From Vulcanimicrobiaceae bacterium (GTDB lineage: Bacteria > Vulcanimicrobiota > Vulcanimicrobiia > Vulcanimicrobiales > Vulcanimicrobiaceae), in NCBI GenBank assembly GCA_046262595.1, contig JBHEMM010000015.1, positions 1-22,260 on the forward strand: a DNA stretch of 22,260 nt. The letters run 5' to 3'. Both the position numbers and the translations under genes were made by a program. The number at the start of each line of letters is the position of its first letter. The stretch's first letter is position 1. The notes below the pieces were generated by a model. That model was not told the origin of the DNA and searched no databases. It was given only the letters and a program-made list of their open reading frames with translations. This document shows, in pieces, positions 1 through 8,428 of the stretch.

Positions 1-246
1 ATGCTGCGGAAAGAGCCTTTCGGCATCGCTCGTAAGGGAAAATTCATACGTGGGCTTGGTCTTGCCGCGCCGGACCGAGCGCTCGGCAACCAAGCCGTCG
101 CGCTCGAGTACGACCAGCTGCTGGCGGATCGCGTTGGGTGAGAGGCCGAAGACACCCGCCAGATCGACGGCCGAGGCCGTCCGGCGGCGCCGCAGCTCAT
201 CGACGATGCGTCCGCGAGTGGTCTGAAAGAAGCGGTCGGCCTGCAC
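1..246 (-). CDS. sufR: SufR-like winged-helix transcriptional regulator (5' part; runs off the left window edge; missed by the ORF track)
   Basis: Manual translation from GTG at 246: MQADRFFQTTRGRIVDELRRRRTASAVDLAGVFGLSPNAIRQQLVVLERDGLVAERSVRRGKTKPTYEFSLTSDAERLFPQH. It shows the HTH pattern (LSPNAIRQQL..LE.DGLV) and the 'LT......FP' segment typical of SufR. It is divergent from sufC and has TAAGGG upstream. Confidence 0.8.
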   Translation of the reverse strand, partial: MQADRFFQTTRGRIVDELRRRRTASAVDLAGVFGLSPNAIRQQLVVLERDGLVAERSVRRGKTKPTYEFSLTSDAERLFPQH

Positions 247-282
247 CGGCCCTTACCGCGCCCTACGGCAGTACATATCCGG

Positions 283-311
283 ATGCTAACACGAATGTGA
301 GAGATAGTCCA
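283..311 (-). promoter_or_regulatory. Putative sigma70-type promoter for sufR
   Basis: Minus strand TGGACT-N17-TAGCAT with an extended TG-n before the -10. Confidence 0.5.
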
Positions 312-330
312 GGTTTTCCTTGACTTTCTC
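301..330. promoter_or_regulatory. Imperfect inverted repeat, candidate SufR operator
   Basis: GAGATAGTCCAGG-TTTT-CCTTGACTTTCTC; the arms are complementary at 11 of 13 positions and cover both divergent -35 boxes. Confidence 0.55.
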
Positions 331-349
331 CCTAAGACTCCGTTACGAT
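320..349 (+). promoter_or_regulatory. Putative sigma70-type promoter for the suf operon
   Basis: TTGACT-N18-TACGAT upstream of the AAGGAG RBS of sufC. Confidence 0.55.
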
Positions 350-373
350 TTACCAGCTAGAAGGAGTTACGAC

Positions 374-1120
374 GTGTCCGAGAAGGGCCTCATCATCCGC
401 GACCTGCGCGCCGGCGTCGCGGGGAATCACATTCTGAAGGGCATCAATCTGCAGGTTGAGCCCGGACGCGTGCATGCGCTTATGGGGCCGAACGGCAGCG
501 GCAAATCCACGCTGGCTTTTTCGCTCAGCGGGCATCCCAATTACACGGTCGAGTCCGGCACCGCTGTTTTAGACGCCGAAAAACGCGCGAGAGCCGGACT
601 GTTTCTCTCCTTTCAGTACCCCGCGGCGATCCCGGGCGTGAAGGTTGCAAACTTTTTGTTCGCGGCGCGCCAAGCGGTGCGTCCGGGCGATTTGACGCCC
701 TCGAAGTTCCGCGCGCTGCTCATGGAAAAGCTCGAAGTCCTGGACATGGATCCGGTCTTTTTGGGCCGCTACCTCAACGACGGTTTTTCGGGGGGTGAAA
801 AAAAGCGCTTGGAGATGCTGCAGATGGCTGTGCTCGCACCGAAATATGCGGTACTGGATGAAACCGACTCGGGGCTGGACGTCGACGCGCTGCGCGCCGT
901 GGGAGCATCGGTCAAGTCGCTACGCGAGAGCGCCGAGGGGAAGCAAACCGGTTTCTTGATCATCACGCATTACCCGCGCATTCTGCAGCACATCGAAGCT
1001 GACGTCGTGCACGTGATGATGGACGGACGCATCGTCAAAGAAGGCGGCCCGGACCTCGCGCACCGCATCGAACGTGAAGGATACGACGTCATCCGTGAGG
1101 AGACGCAGTCGATTGCCTAG
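374..1120 (+). CDS. sufC: Fe-S cluster assembly ATPase SufC
   Basis: Walker A GPNGSGKST, FQYP..IPGV, signature GFSGGEKKR, Walker B LDETDSGLD, ITHY. Start placed at GTG 374 after AAGGAG. Confidence 0.96.
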   Translation: MSEKGLIIRDLRAGVAGNHILKGINLQVEPGRVHALMGPNGSGKSTLAFSLSGHPNYTVESGTAVLDAEKRARAGLFLSFQYPAAIPGVKVANFLFAARQAVRPGDLTPSKFRALLMEKLEVLDMDPVFLGRYLNDGFSGGEKKRLEMLQMAVLAPKYAVLDETDSGLDVDALRAVGASVKSLRESAEGKQTGFLIITHYPRILQHIEADVVHVMMDGRIVKEGGPDLAHRIEREGYDVIREETQSIA

Positions 1121-2270
1121 CGCGATAGCGGGCGCCGCGTTCGCGCCGCTCGACCCGCAGCGCCGCGAGGACCTCCTGCGCCGTTTCGCCGAGCTGCGCT
1201 CGGGCCGCGAAAAGCCCGGCCGGTTCTGGCGCATCGACCTCGAAGCGATCGCCGTTCCGCAAACCGCGGCCGCGTACACGCCGCCCGAGATCCGTACGCC
1301 CGCGATCCGCGGCGGTTTTGCGATGGACATTCTGCGCGCGGCAAAGGAACATCCGCAGCTGTTCGCACGCGCCTTCGGCAGCGCCATCGCACACGGCGAT
1401 CGCAAATTTGCAGCCCTCGCCGCGGCATCGTGCAATACCGGCGCCTTCGTCTACGTTCCCGCCGGCGTGGCCGTGGACGAACCGGTCGAAATCGTGTATG
1501 ACGCCGGCAACGGCGCACTTTTCCCCTATACGCTCGTTCTGGCCGAGCGCGGCTCGCGCGTCACGATCGTCGAGCAGGTACGCGGCGCGCAGCGCTCGTT
1601 CGTCTGCGGCATCGACGAAGTGGCCGCAGGCGAGAGCGCAGCCGTAACGTTTGCGGCTTATCAGGATTTACCCGACGATGCGACGCTAATCTATACGCGC
1701 GATGCAAGCCCGCGGAAAGACGCCGGCGTCACTTGGTCCGTCGCTCATCTGGGCGCGCACCTGACGGTCGATTCGCTCGACGTGCACATCGGGCAACCGG
1801 GCGTCGAAGCCGCGATCAACGCGCTCTTCTTTCCCGGCGGCACGCAGCACGTCGATCTTACGTCGACGGCAACGCATGATGCCGGCGATTCGCGTTCGCA
1901 GACGCTTATTAAGTCGGCAGGCACCGGCAGCGGTCAAGGCCGCTACGTCGGCAACATCCGCATCGCGGCGCACGCGCAGGCCACAGAATCGGGGCTTCGC
2001 GATGACGCGCTGCTTCTTTCAAAGCACGCGCACATCGATTCGGTGCCGGCATTGGAGATTGCCGCCAACGACGTGAAAGCGTTTCACGGCGCGACGGTCG
2101 GCGCGATCGATGAAGAGCAGATCTTCTACATGATCAGCCGCGGCATCGCGCGCGAAGATGCCGAAAAGATGATCGCGCTCGGCTTTTTCGAGCCGGTTGT
2201 CGAACGCTTTCCGACCAACGCCCTGCGGGAAATGCTGCGCCGCGCGCTCGAAGCGAAGGTTCTGGCGTGA
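1113..2270 (+). CDS. sufD: Fe-S cluster assembly protein SufD (SufB/D family)
   Basis: PALEIAANDVKAFHGATVG and EQIFYMISRGI motifs; lies between sufC and sufS. Start placed at TTG 1113 after GAGGAG. Confidence 0.9.
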   Translation: MPSAIAGAAFAPLDPQRREDLLRRFAELRSGREKPGRFWRIDLEAIAVPQTAAAYTPPEIRTPAIRGGFAMDILRAAKEHPQLFARAFGSAIAHGDRKFAALAAASCNTGAFVYVPAGVAVDEPVEIVYDAGNGALFPYTLVLAERGSRVTIVEQVRGAQRSFVCGIDEVAAGESAAVTFAAYQDLPDDATLIYTRDASPRKDAGVTWSVAHLGAHLTVDSLDVHIGQPGVEAAINALFFPGGTQHVDLTSTATHDAGDSRSQTLIKSAGTGSGQGRYVGNIRIAAHAQATESGLRDDALLLSKHAHIDSVPALEIAANDVKAFHGATVGAIDEEQIFYMISRGIAREDAEKMIALGFFEPVVERFPTNALREMLRRALEAKVLA

Positions 2271-3505
2271 TCGCCGATCGCGAAGCGAACGCGCTCGCAA
2301 GCGATTTCCCGATCCTTTCGCGCAAAACGTCGCGCGGTAAGCGCCTCGTCTACCTCGATTCGGCGGCGACCTCCCAAAAACCGCAAGTTGTGATCGATTC
2401 TCTGGTGCGTTACTACAGCGAATATAACGCGAACATTCACCGCGGCGTGTACGAGATCGCGGTCCTCGCAACGGATGCCTTTGAAAACGCGCGCACCAAA
2501 GTTGCCGGTTTTCTCAATGCGCAGCCGCAGGAGATCGTCTGGACGCGCAACACGACCGAAGCGATCAACTTGGTTTCGTATTCTTGGGGACTGAACAACG
2601 TCGGGCGCGGCGACGCGATTCTCACGACGCAGCTCGAGCATCACTCCAATCTGGTGCCTTGGCAATTGCTCGCCGAAAAAACGGGCGCCGAACTGCGTTT
2701 CATCCCGGTGGACGAGCGAGGCATCCACGTGCTCGACGGTTTGGACGAGCTGCTGCAAGGCTGCAAGCTGCTCGCGCTCTCGCACGTGAGCAACACGCTG
2801 GGGACGATTGCGCCGCTCGAGCGGATCATTCCACGCGCCCATGCGGCCGGGGCGGTCGTCCTGGTCGACGGCGCGCAAGCCGCTCCGCATATGCCGGTTG
2901 ACGTGCAAGCCTTGGACGCAGATTTTTACGCCATGAGCGCTCACAAAATGTGCGGTCCGACAGGCATCGGCGTGCTGTACGGCAAGCGCGCGCTGCTCGA
3001 AGCGATGCCGCCGTTTCTCACCGGCGGCGATATGATCCGCAAGGTCGAGTATGCGTCTTCCACGTTTAACGAGTTGCCGTGGAAATTTGAAGCCGGAACG
3101 AGCAACATCGCCGGCGCGATCGCGTACGGCACCGCAATCGACTATTTGGAGTCCGTCGGCATGGAATGGATCCGCAAGCACGAGCGCGCGCTCATGGAGT
3201 ACGCGTTCGAGCGCCTGCGCGCGTTCGAGCCGCGCGGTTTGACGATTTACGGTCCGGGCGAGGCGGATCTGGTCACCGGCGCGATCTCGTTCAATTTTGC
3301 CGACATCCATCCGCACGACTTGGCTTCCGTGCTGGACACCGAAGGCGTGTGCGTGCGCGCGGGACACCACTGCACGATGCCGCTGATGGAAAAGATGGGC
3401 TGGCCGGCGACGACGCGCGCGTCGTTCTATCTGTACAATACGTTCGACGACGTGGACGCGCTCATCGCGGGGCTCGAAAAGGCCGCGTCCGTGTTTAAAC
3501 TATGA
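2267..3505 (+). CDS. sufS: Cysteine desulfurase, SufS subfamily
   Basis: YLDSAATSQKP, ANIHRG, SAHKM (PLP Lys), FEAGT, VRAGHHC (catalytic Cys); GTGA overlap with sufD. Confidence 0.97.
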   Translation: MIADREANALASDFPILSRKTSRGKRLVYLDSAATSQKPQVVIDSLVRYYSEYNANIHRGVYEIAVLATDAFENARTKVAGFLNAQPQEIVWTRNTTEAINLVSYSWGLNNVGRGDAILTTQLEHHSNLVPWQLLAEKTGAELRFIPVDERGIHVLDGLDELLQGCKLLALSHVSNTLGTIAPLERIIPRAHAAGAVVLVDGAQAAPHMPVDVQALDADFYAMSAHKMCGPTGIGVLYGKRALLEAMPPFLTGGDMIRKVEYASSTFNELPWKFEAGTSNIAGAIAYGTAIDYLESVGMEWIRKHERALMEYAFERLRAFEPRGLTIYGPGEADLVTGAISFNFADIHPHDLASVLDTEGVCVRAGHHCTMPLMEKMGWPATTRASFYLYNTFDDVDALIAGLEKAASVFKL

Positions 3506-3515
3506 GCGCGTTTTA

Positions 3516-3914
3516 ATGGACGACTTTTACCGCGACTTCATTCTCGATCACTACCGCAATCCGCATAATTTCGGCCATTTGGAAGCGTTCGACGCCTTTG
3601 CGGAAGACTTGAACCCGCTGTGCGGCGATCAGATCCGCGTCGAACTGGCGATCGACGCGCAAAAGAACGTGACGGACGTGCGCTTTTCCGGAAAAGGCTG
3701 CGCGATCAGTCAAGCCTCGATGTCGATGCTTACCGACGAGATCAAAGGTAAAAGCCTCGATGAGATCGCCGTGCTGCCCAAAGAGGCGGTGCTCGACAAT
3801 GTCGGAATCGGCATCAGCCCGGCGCGCATGAAATGCGCGATGCTCGGATTGAAAGTGCTCAAGAGCGCAGCCGTCGGCGAGCTCGCCGCGTGGCCCGACG
3901 AGCCTACGGCTTAA
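3516..3914 (+). CDS. sufU: SufU/IscU-family Fe-S scaffold or sulfur-transfer protein
   Basis: ILDHYRNPHN, NPLCGD, GCAISQAS, RMKCA. Confidence 0.93.
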   Translation: MDDFYRDFILDHYRNPHNFGHLEAFDAFAEDLNPLCGDQIRVELAIDAQKNVTDVRFSGKGCAISQASMSMLTDEIKGKSLDEIAVLPKEAVLDNVGIGISPARMKCAMLGLKVLKSAAVGELAAWPDEPTA

Positions 3915-4755
3915 TCGCCGTCTTCTCCAGGATCCGCGCGCCCGATCCGTTCGGCGCCACAACAAACGTTTCTCCGTATCGCCCCTTGACGGTTTGTAAG
4001 GTGACGGCGACTTTGTAGCTCCCATCGCTGTTACGCGTGCTCGTGAGGCTCGTGATACGCGTAGCGCCGTCGATGAAGTCTTCATCGGGCGTTCCGTTCC
4101 CCAAGTACGCCGAGGCCGCTTGCGGATCGCCGCGCTTGAGCGCATCGATATAGGCGCGGACCGTGCTCGAGGCGATGTCTTCCGGCACGGGCGGCGCTGC
4201 CGTGACGGCCGCACGAGGAATCATGGTGCGAATCGGCGCGGCCGTTGCTTTCTGCGGCGCGGCCGTTGCTTTCTGCGGCGCGGCCGTTGCTTTCTGCGGC
4301 GCGGCCGTCGCCTTTGCCGGCGCGGCCGTCGCGGGCGCCGCCTTAGGCGTTGGCGCAGCGCTCGCGCGCGCGGTAGGCTGGGGCGCGCGGGAAGACGGAG
4401 GTGCGGCCGCAGGCGTCGCGGCGTTGACCGGCTTGGCGGCCGGCTTGTGCGTGCTCTTCGGGGCCGGTTTGATCAGCGGTCGCACGCTGGCCGTGGGAGA
4501 GGGTTGCGACGGAGCTGCGGGCTGCGGCGAAGACGTCGCCGCGGCCAGCGGGGCGGCGGTTGCAGCGGGCACAGGCTGATCGTTTTTCGATCCCAGCATA
4601 TGCGCGAGCCCTTGTCCGAGAAACCAGCCGCCGGCAACGACGACGAGCGCGGCAATAATCGTCAGGATCCACGGATCGGTCTTGTTTGCGCCCGAACGCC
4701 GCGGGCCTCGCGGTCCAAGCGTGCGCCGCGGCCGACCGCCTTCCTCGCCGTTCAC
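3904..4755 (-). CDS. Hypothetical membrane-anchored protein with a Pro/Ala/Thr-rich linker and a small C-terminal domain
   Basis: Basic N-terminus, one hydrophobic helix (WILTIIAALVVVAGGWFLG), low-complexity linker, compact C-terminal domain; GTGA overlap with the upstream gene. Confidence 0.75.
   Translation of the reverse strand: MNGEEGGRPRRTLGPRGPRRSGANKTDPWILTIIAALVVVAGGWFLGQGLAHMLGSKNDQPVPAATAAPLAAATSSPQPAAPSQPSPTASVRPLIKPAPKSTHKPAAKPVNAATPAAAPPSSRAPQPTARASAAPTPKAAPATAAPAKATAAPQKATAAPQKATAAPQKATAAPIRTMIPRAAVTAAPPVPEDIASSTVRAYIDALKRGDPQAASAYLGNGTPDEDFIDGATRITSLTSTRNSDGSYKVAVTLQTVKGRYGETFVVAPNGSGARILEKTAIKP
4234..4338. repeat. 21-bp in-frame tandem repeat (3 exact + 2 degenerate copies)
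   Basis: Unit CGGCGCGGCCGTTGCTTTCTG at 4234, 4255 and 4276, with degenerate copies at 4297 and 4318; encodes (Q)KATAAP repeats on the minus strand. Confidence 0.95.
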
Positions 4756-5147
4756 TGCGCGGCCAACTTCGCGGCGATGCCTTCACGCAGCGGTGTGCAC
4801 AGCTCCTCCACGACGTCCGGGTGGTCTTCGATCAGCACGATCGCCGCTTCCTTGAGCAGGCCCGGGTTTGTTTTCGCATATGCGATCAACGTGCGCACGG
4901 CGAATTCGTCACCGCCCGTGATCGCGCGCAGTTCTGCGCCGGCTCCCTCTGCGGCGTCTTCCGAGGATTCGCCGCGCTGGCGGAACGCATCGAAGATGGC
5001 TTCAACGAATAGCGCGCGCGATGGCGCCGACATGGTCCGCTCGCTCTGCTCAAGCGCATCGCTCAGATCGCGTTCGTTCATTTTACTGACGAACTTTTCT
5101 GCAGCGTCCGCCACGTCTGCGGGATCGTAGTTGCCGAAGGGCGACAT
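4752..5147 (-). CDS. Hypothetical acidic helical protein (131 aa)
   Basis: ATG 5147 (MSPFGNYDPAD...) with GGGAGTAAGG upstream; natural composition; coupled to the next gene. The track's longer start overlaps the opposite gene. Confidence 0.75.
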   Translation of the reverse strand: MSPFGNYDPADVADAAEKFVSKMNERDLSDALEQSERTMSAPSRALFVEAIFDAFRQRGESSEDAAEGAGAELRAITGGDEFAVRTLIAYAKTNPGLLKEAAIVLIEDHPDVVEELCTPLREGIAAKLAAQ

Positions 5148-5207
5148 TGGTAAAACCTTACTCCCTCGCGGCAGGCGGCTCCTCGGAAACCAGCCAAACT
5201 TGACGAT

Positions 5208-5519
5208 GTGATACAGGTTCGAGTGCCGCTCGACATTCACGCCGTCGCTGAAAACGGCTGCGGCGCATTCGCGTTCGCCACGCCGGTGCGCGTGCGTGAC
5301 CTGGTGTCGCTCGCAGTGCGCGAAGCGATCGGTGCGCGCGCGCCGCACGAGAAGTTCGCCCGCAGCGTCCGCACGACGCTGCACGGCCTGGCCGGCGGCC
5401 GTTTCTGCGTCGACGTCGACGGACGGCGTTTTACCGATGCGGACGACGTCGTGATGTGCGCCAGCATAGTGCGCGTGCGCTTCTTCCTGCCGTCACGGCT
5501 GCAGCCGGTTCATCATTAG
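5208..5519 (+). CDS. Hypothetical protein, possible beta-grasp (ubiquitin-like) fold
   Basis: MIQVRVP..., VRVRDLV, FCVDVDGR, VRVRFF strand pattern; no C-terminal GG. Confidence 0.6.
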   Translation: MIQVRVPLDIHAVAENGCGAFAFATPVRVRDLVSLAVREAIGARAPHEKFARSVRTTLHGLAGGRFCVDVDGRRFTDADDVVMCASIVRVRFFLPSRLQPVHH

Positions 5520-5547
5520 CGAACCGCGGCCCACGCGGCCCATCGGC

Positions 5548-6219
5548 GTGGTTTCCGCCCGGCTGCTACTCAAACGATGGCCGCTGTATGCCGCCACACT
5601 TGCCGGCGGCATCGCCATTCAAATGGTTCTTCTACAGTTCGTGCGCGGCAGTCCTCAGACGTGGTCCTTCGTTCAGCTAATTGCCGCGCCGCTCGTAAAC
5701 GCGATCGTTTTGGTCAACGTCGGCGCCGACGCTGCCGGCGTCCTTCCCGCGAACGGCGCGCGCCTGGAGCGCCTGCTGGAGCGGGCGTGGGCGATCATTT
5801 TAATCGACGCCGCGCTCACAATCAGTCTCGCCGTGGCCCTTGATACGATGAACAAAGGCGATGCGGGTGCGCGTCTCATGGCGCTCATGGTTGTGTTCAT
5901 GCAGACGATGCTGATCTACGCGGAGCCCTATGCGGCGCTCGACGAACACGTGAGCGCGATCGCGCTCATACCGTTTGCGCTGCTGCGCAGCATGATGCTC
6001 TCGTGGGTCAATATCGTACGGATCTGCACGATGTTCGTGCTGCAGCTCGCCGTGATCACAGGGAGTTATCTGCTCATCCTGGCCATGCACGGCAGCGCGG
6101 CGCCTCTAGTCGAATACGCGAACATTGTTTACGGCACGGCCGCGACGGCGGCACTTTCAGCGTTATATGCGGTGGCTTATTTGGACACGCTCAGTCAAGA
6201 ACGCGCGAGCGCGCCTTAA
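5548..6219 (+). CDS. Hypothetical integral membrane protein
   Basis: About 6 hydrophobic segments; fills the gap between neighbouring genes. Confidence 0.75.
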   Translation: MVSARLLLKRWPLYAATLAGGIAIQMVLLQFVRGSPQTWSFVQLIAAPLVNAIVLVNVGADAAGVLPANGARLERLLERAWAIILIDAALTISLAVALDTMNKGDAGARLMALMVVFMQTMLIYAEPYAALDEHVSAIALIPFALLRSMMLSWVNIVRICTMFVLQLAVITGSYLLILAMHGSAAPLVEYANIVYGTAATAALSALYAVAYLDTLSQERASAP

Positions 6220-6224
6220 CCGCC

Positions 6225-7520
6225 TCACTGCGACATCGACTGAAGGACGGGCGGCAGACGCCCTTGCCGCCCCAGCATGAGCTGAGCAAAAAGCGCGTTC
6301 GGCCACGCGAAATCCCTGCGCGTATACGACGCCGGCCAATTCGCGTCGAACGATTCGTGCAGCAGATGATCGCCGGTGTCGCTTGCGGCGATGTATCCCA
6401 TGACGCGGTTCACTTCGACCGGATCGGTTGACGTCAGCACCTGCATGACCAGCGAGAGCGGCCAAACGTACCCGTGCGGCGTATGCGGGCTGCCGATGCC
6501 CTGAGCAAACTTTCCGCTGAAGAAATACGGGTCCCGCGGCGAGAGCGCGAACTGGCGCGTCGCTTTGTAAACGACGTCTTTCGCGTCGACGTAACCGAAA
6601 TACGGAATCGAGAGCAGCGAGGGAACGTTCGCGTCGTCCATGAGATTCGCGTGTCCGAGTCCGTCCACTTCATAGGCATAGATGCGTCCGATGCCCGGCA
6701 TATTGATGAGCCCGTTGCGCTCGATAGCGCGCTGAATTTGAACCGAAAGGCCCCATGCGTTTTGCGCCGCGCGTCTATCGTGGTAGACGCCTTTTTGCAC
6801 TTCCGTCAGGTCGCGCAGCACGACGACGGCAAACATATTGTCCGGAATATTGTATTGATACCGCGCCGCGTCGTCGGAAGGACGGAACCCGGTCCATACT
6901 AATCCGGTAAAGGCGACGTGCGTCCCCTTTCCGCCGTTCGCGAGTTCGGGGTGGCGGTAATGCGAACGCGTTGCATGATGCTGTTCCGTGCGAAGCGTAT
7001 CGAGAACGCGGCCGAACGCGCGCGAGACTTCCGGCGTGAAGACGGTCCGGTCGCCGGTTGCCTTCCAGTACAGATACGCAAACCACACGGGGTAGAGCAG
7101 CGAATCCATCTCGAATTTACGCTCGGCGACGTGATAATCGCCGGTGAAGGCGTTGGCGTACGGGTCGAGCGAGATGTAACGCGCTTGACGCACGATCGTG
7201 CCGCGCAGCATCGCACGCACATACGGGTCCGTCACGGCAAGCCCGATATAGGGCGTCATCGTCGCGCTCGAGTCGCGAAGCCATTCCTCGCCGATATCGC
7301 CGGTTGAAACGAATGTCGTGCCGTCGGGTTCAACAGTGGCGTGGCGGCTATAGGCCTCATCGTACGCGCGCTGATAGATCTTCTGCAGAGCGACCGTCAC
7401 GCCGGCCGGATGCACCGGCATCTCGGCGGTGGGTGCGGCCGCAACGGGAAACGGGGCAGCGGCAAAGGCAACCGCCAGCGCCGCTGCGGCTACGAGCCTA
7501 CCCAAGCTCACCGTTACCAT
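6225..7520 (-). CDS. Secreted glycoside hydrolase family 125 (exo-alpha-1,6-mannosidase-like)
   Basis: TGDI..WLRDS, ERKFEMDSL, FRPSDD, YAYEVDG, MDDANVPSLL, GIGSPHT, LHESF, FAWPNALF motifs; Ala-rich signal peptide. Start placed at ATG 7520 after TAAGGA. Confidence 0.92.
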   Translation of the reverse strand: MVTVSLGRLVAAAALAVAFAAAPFPVAAAPTAEMPVHPAGVTVALQKIYQRAYDEAYSRHATVEPDGTTFVSTGDIGEEWLRDSSATMTPYIGLAVTDPYVRAMLRGTIVRQARYISLDPYANAFTGDYHVAERKFEMDSLLYPVWFAYLYWKATGDRTVFTPEVSRAFGRVLDTLRTEQHHATRSHYRHPELANGGKGTHVAFTGLVWTGFRPSDDAARYQYNIPDNMFAVVVLRDLTEVQKGVYHDRRAAQNAWGLSVQIQRAIERNGLINMPGIGRIYAYEVDGLGHANLMDDANVPSLLSIPYFGYVDAKDVVYKATRQFALSPRDPYFFSGKFAQGIGSPHTPHGYVWPLSLVMQVLTSTDPVEVNRVMGYIAASDTGDHLLHESFDANWPASYTRRDFAWPNALFAQLMLGRQGRLPPVLQSMSQ

Positions 7521-7668
7521 ATGCATCCTTATGGGTCTTATCGGCAGTCATGCAAACACCGGCCACGAAAAAGCGTTCGTTTGGACGTTTCGCCGGACTG
7601 CAATTCCTGGGATAATGTCCAAGAAGACCTAGCAGCGAGAAGAGAAAGAGAGCGCCGCCATCCGCCGT

Positions 7669-8421
7669 TTGCACGCAAAAGTTTCGGGCCTAGCCCTGGC
7701 CGCGGCACTGATGCTGTCGCTCCCGGCGCTCGCAGACCAGCGTTATGCCGTCGCAGGAAACGACCGTTACCAGATAGGCGACTCGGAACTTCAGACCAGC
7801 ATTTCATATGCGGGCACGCAAGATCTGCTGCTGCGCAAAGACGGCGCGCACACGCGCTTGACGGCGCGCGTGCAGTACACGCGAAGCGACGCGGCCGGAA
7901 CGGTGCCCGCGCAAGCGACGTTCGTGCAGACGATGAACGGCGCCGGCGAACTTCAAGATCGCACCGATTCGGACCCGGATTATTTGACCGTGCTGAATCA
8001 GCCGTTCGCCGTAATGCTGGACAAGGCGACCATGGGCGAGCTGCTGCACCTGCGCGGACGCGTGCCGTTTCTGTTTCCGGCGCCCATGATTGGCAGTTCT
8101 TTGCAAGGTCATTTGATGAGAGGCCCCATTTCGCGGGTGGATGCGCGTCCTGCGCTTGCCGTCGACTTCGATGCGGCCGGCCCGATGATGGGCCCGCTGC
8201 CCGATCATTCGGGCATGTCCATTACCGGCACGATGCGTATGCGGGGCACCGCGTATTATGCCGTCCGCGGAGCGGCGCTGCTGCTCGCACTCCATGAAAC
8301 GTTGAGCATCACGGGAAGGTTGCGCCAGCACGGCCGCTCCTCCCCGGTAACGATCGTGTATGAACGCTCGATCAAAGCGGCCGGCGCCCTGCCCCCGGAC
8401 ACGGAGGCGTCCTCGCACTGA
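7669..8421 (+). CDS. Hypothetical secreted beta-rich protein
   Basis: Signal peptide ending PALA-DQ; alternating strand-like segments; purine-rich tract upstream. Confidence 0.75.
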   Translation: MHAKVSGLALAAALMLSLPALADQRYAVAGNDRYQIGDSELQTSISYAGTQDLLLRKDGAHTRLTARVQYTRSDAAGTVPAQATFVQTMNGAGELQDRTDSDPDYLTVLNQPFAVMLDKATMGELLHLRGRVPFLFPAPMIGSSLQGHLMRGPISRVDARPALAVDFDAAGPMMGPLPDHSGMSITGTMRMRGTAYYAVRGAALLLALHETLSITGRLRQHGRSSPVTIVYERSIKAAGALPPDTEASSH

Positions 8422-8428
8422 TCTCGCG

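Noticed and set aside
138..323. 61-aa plus-strand ORF, and the TTG 320 start for sufC
   Set aside because: The ORF lies opposite the sufR-like gene and crosses the promoters; TTG 320 is part of the -35 box, while GTG 374 has the RBS.
2126..3370. 414-aa antisense ORF over sufS, and similar long ORFs at 4120-5130, 11068-12084, 13043-14011, 14114-15262, 18545-19576 and 19811-21103
   Set aside because: Shadow frames opposite well-supported genes, expected in GC-rich DNA; no recognisable motifs.
4234..4338. CRISPR array
   Set aside because: The units are directly adjacent with no spacers and are in frame within a CDS.
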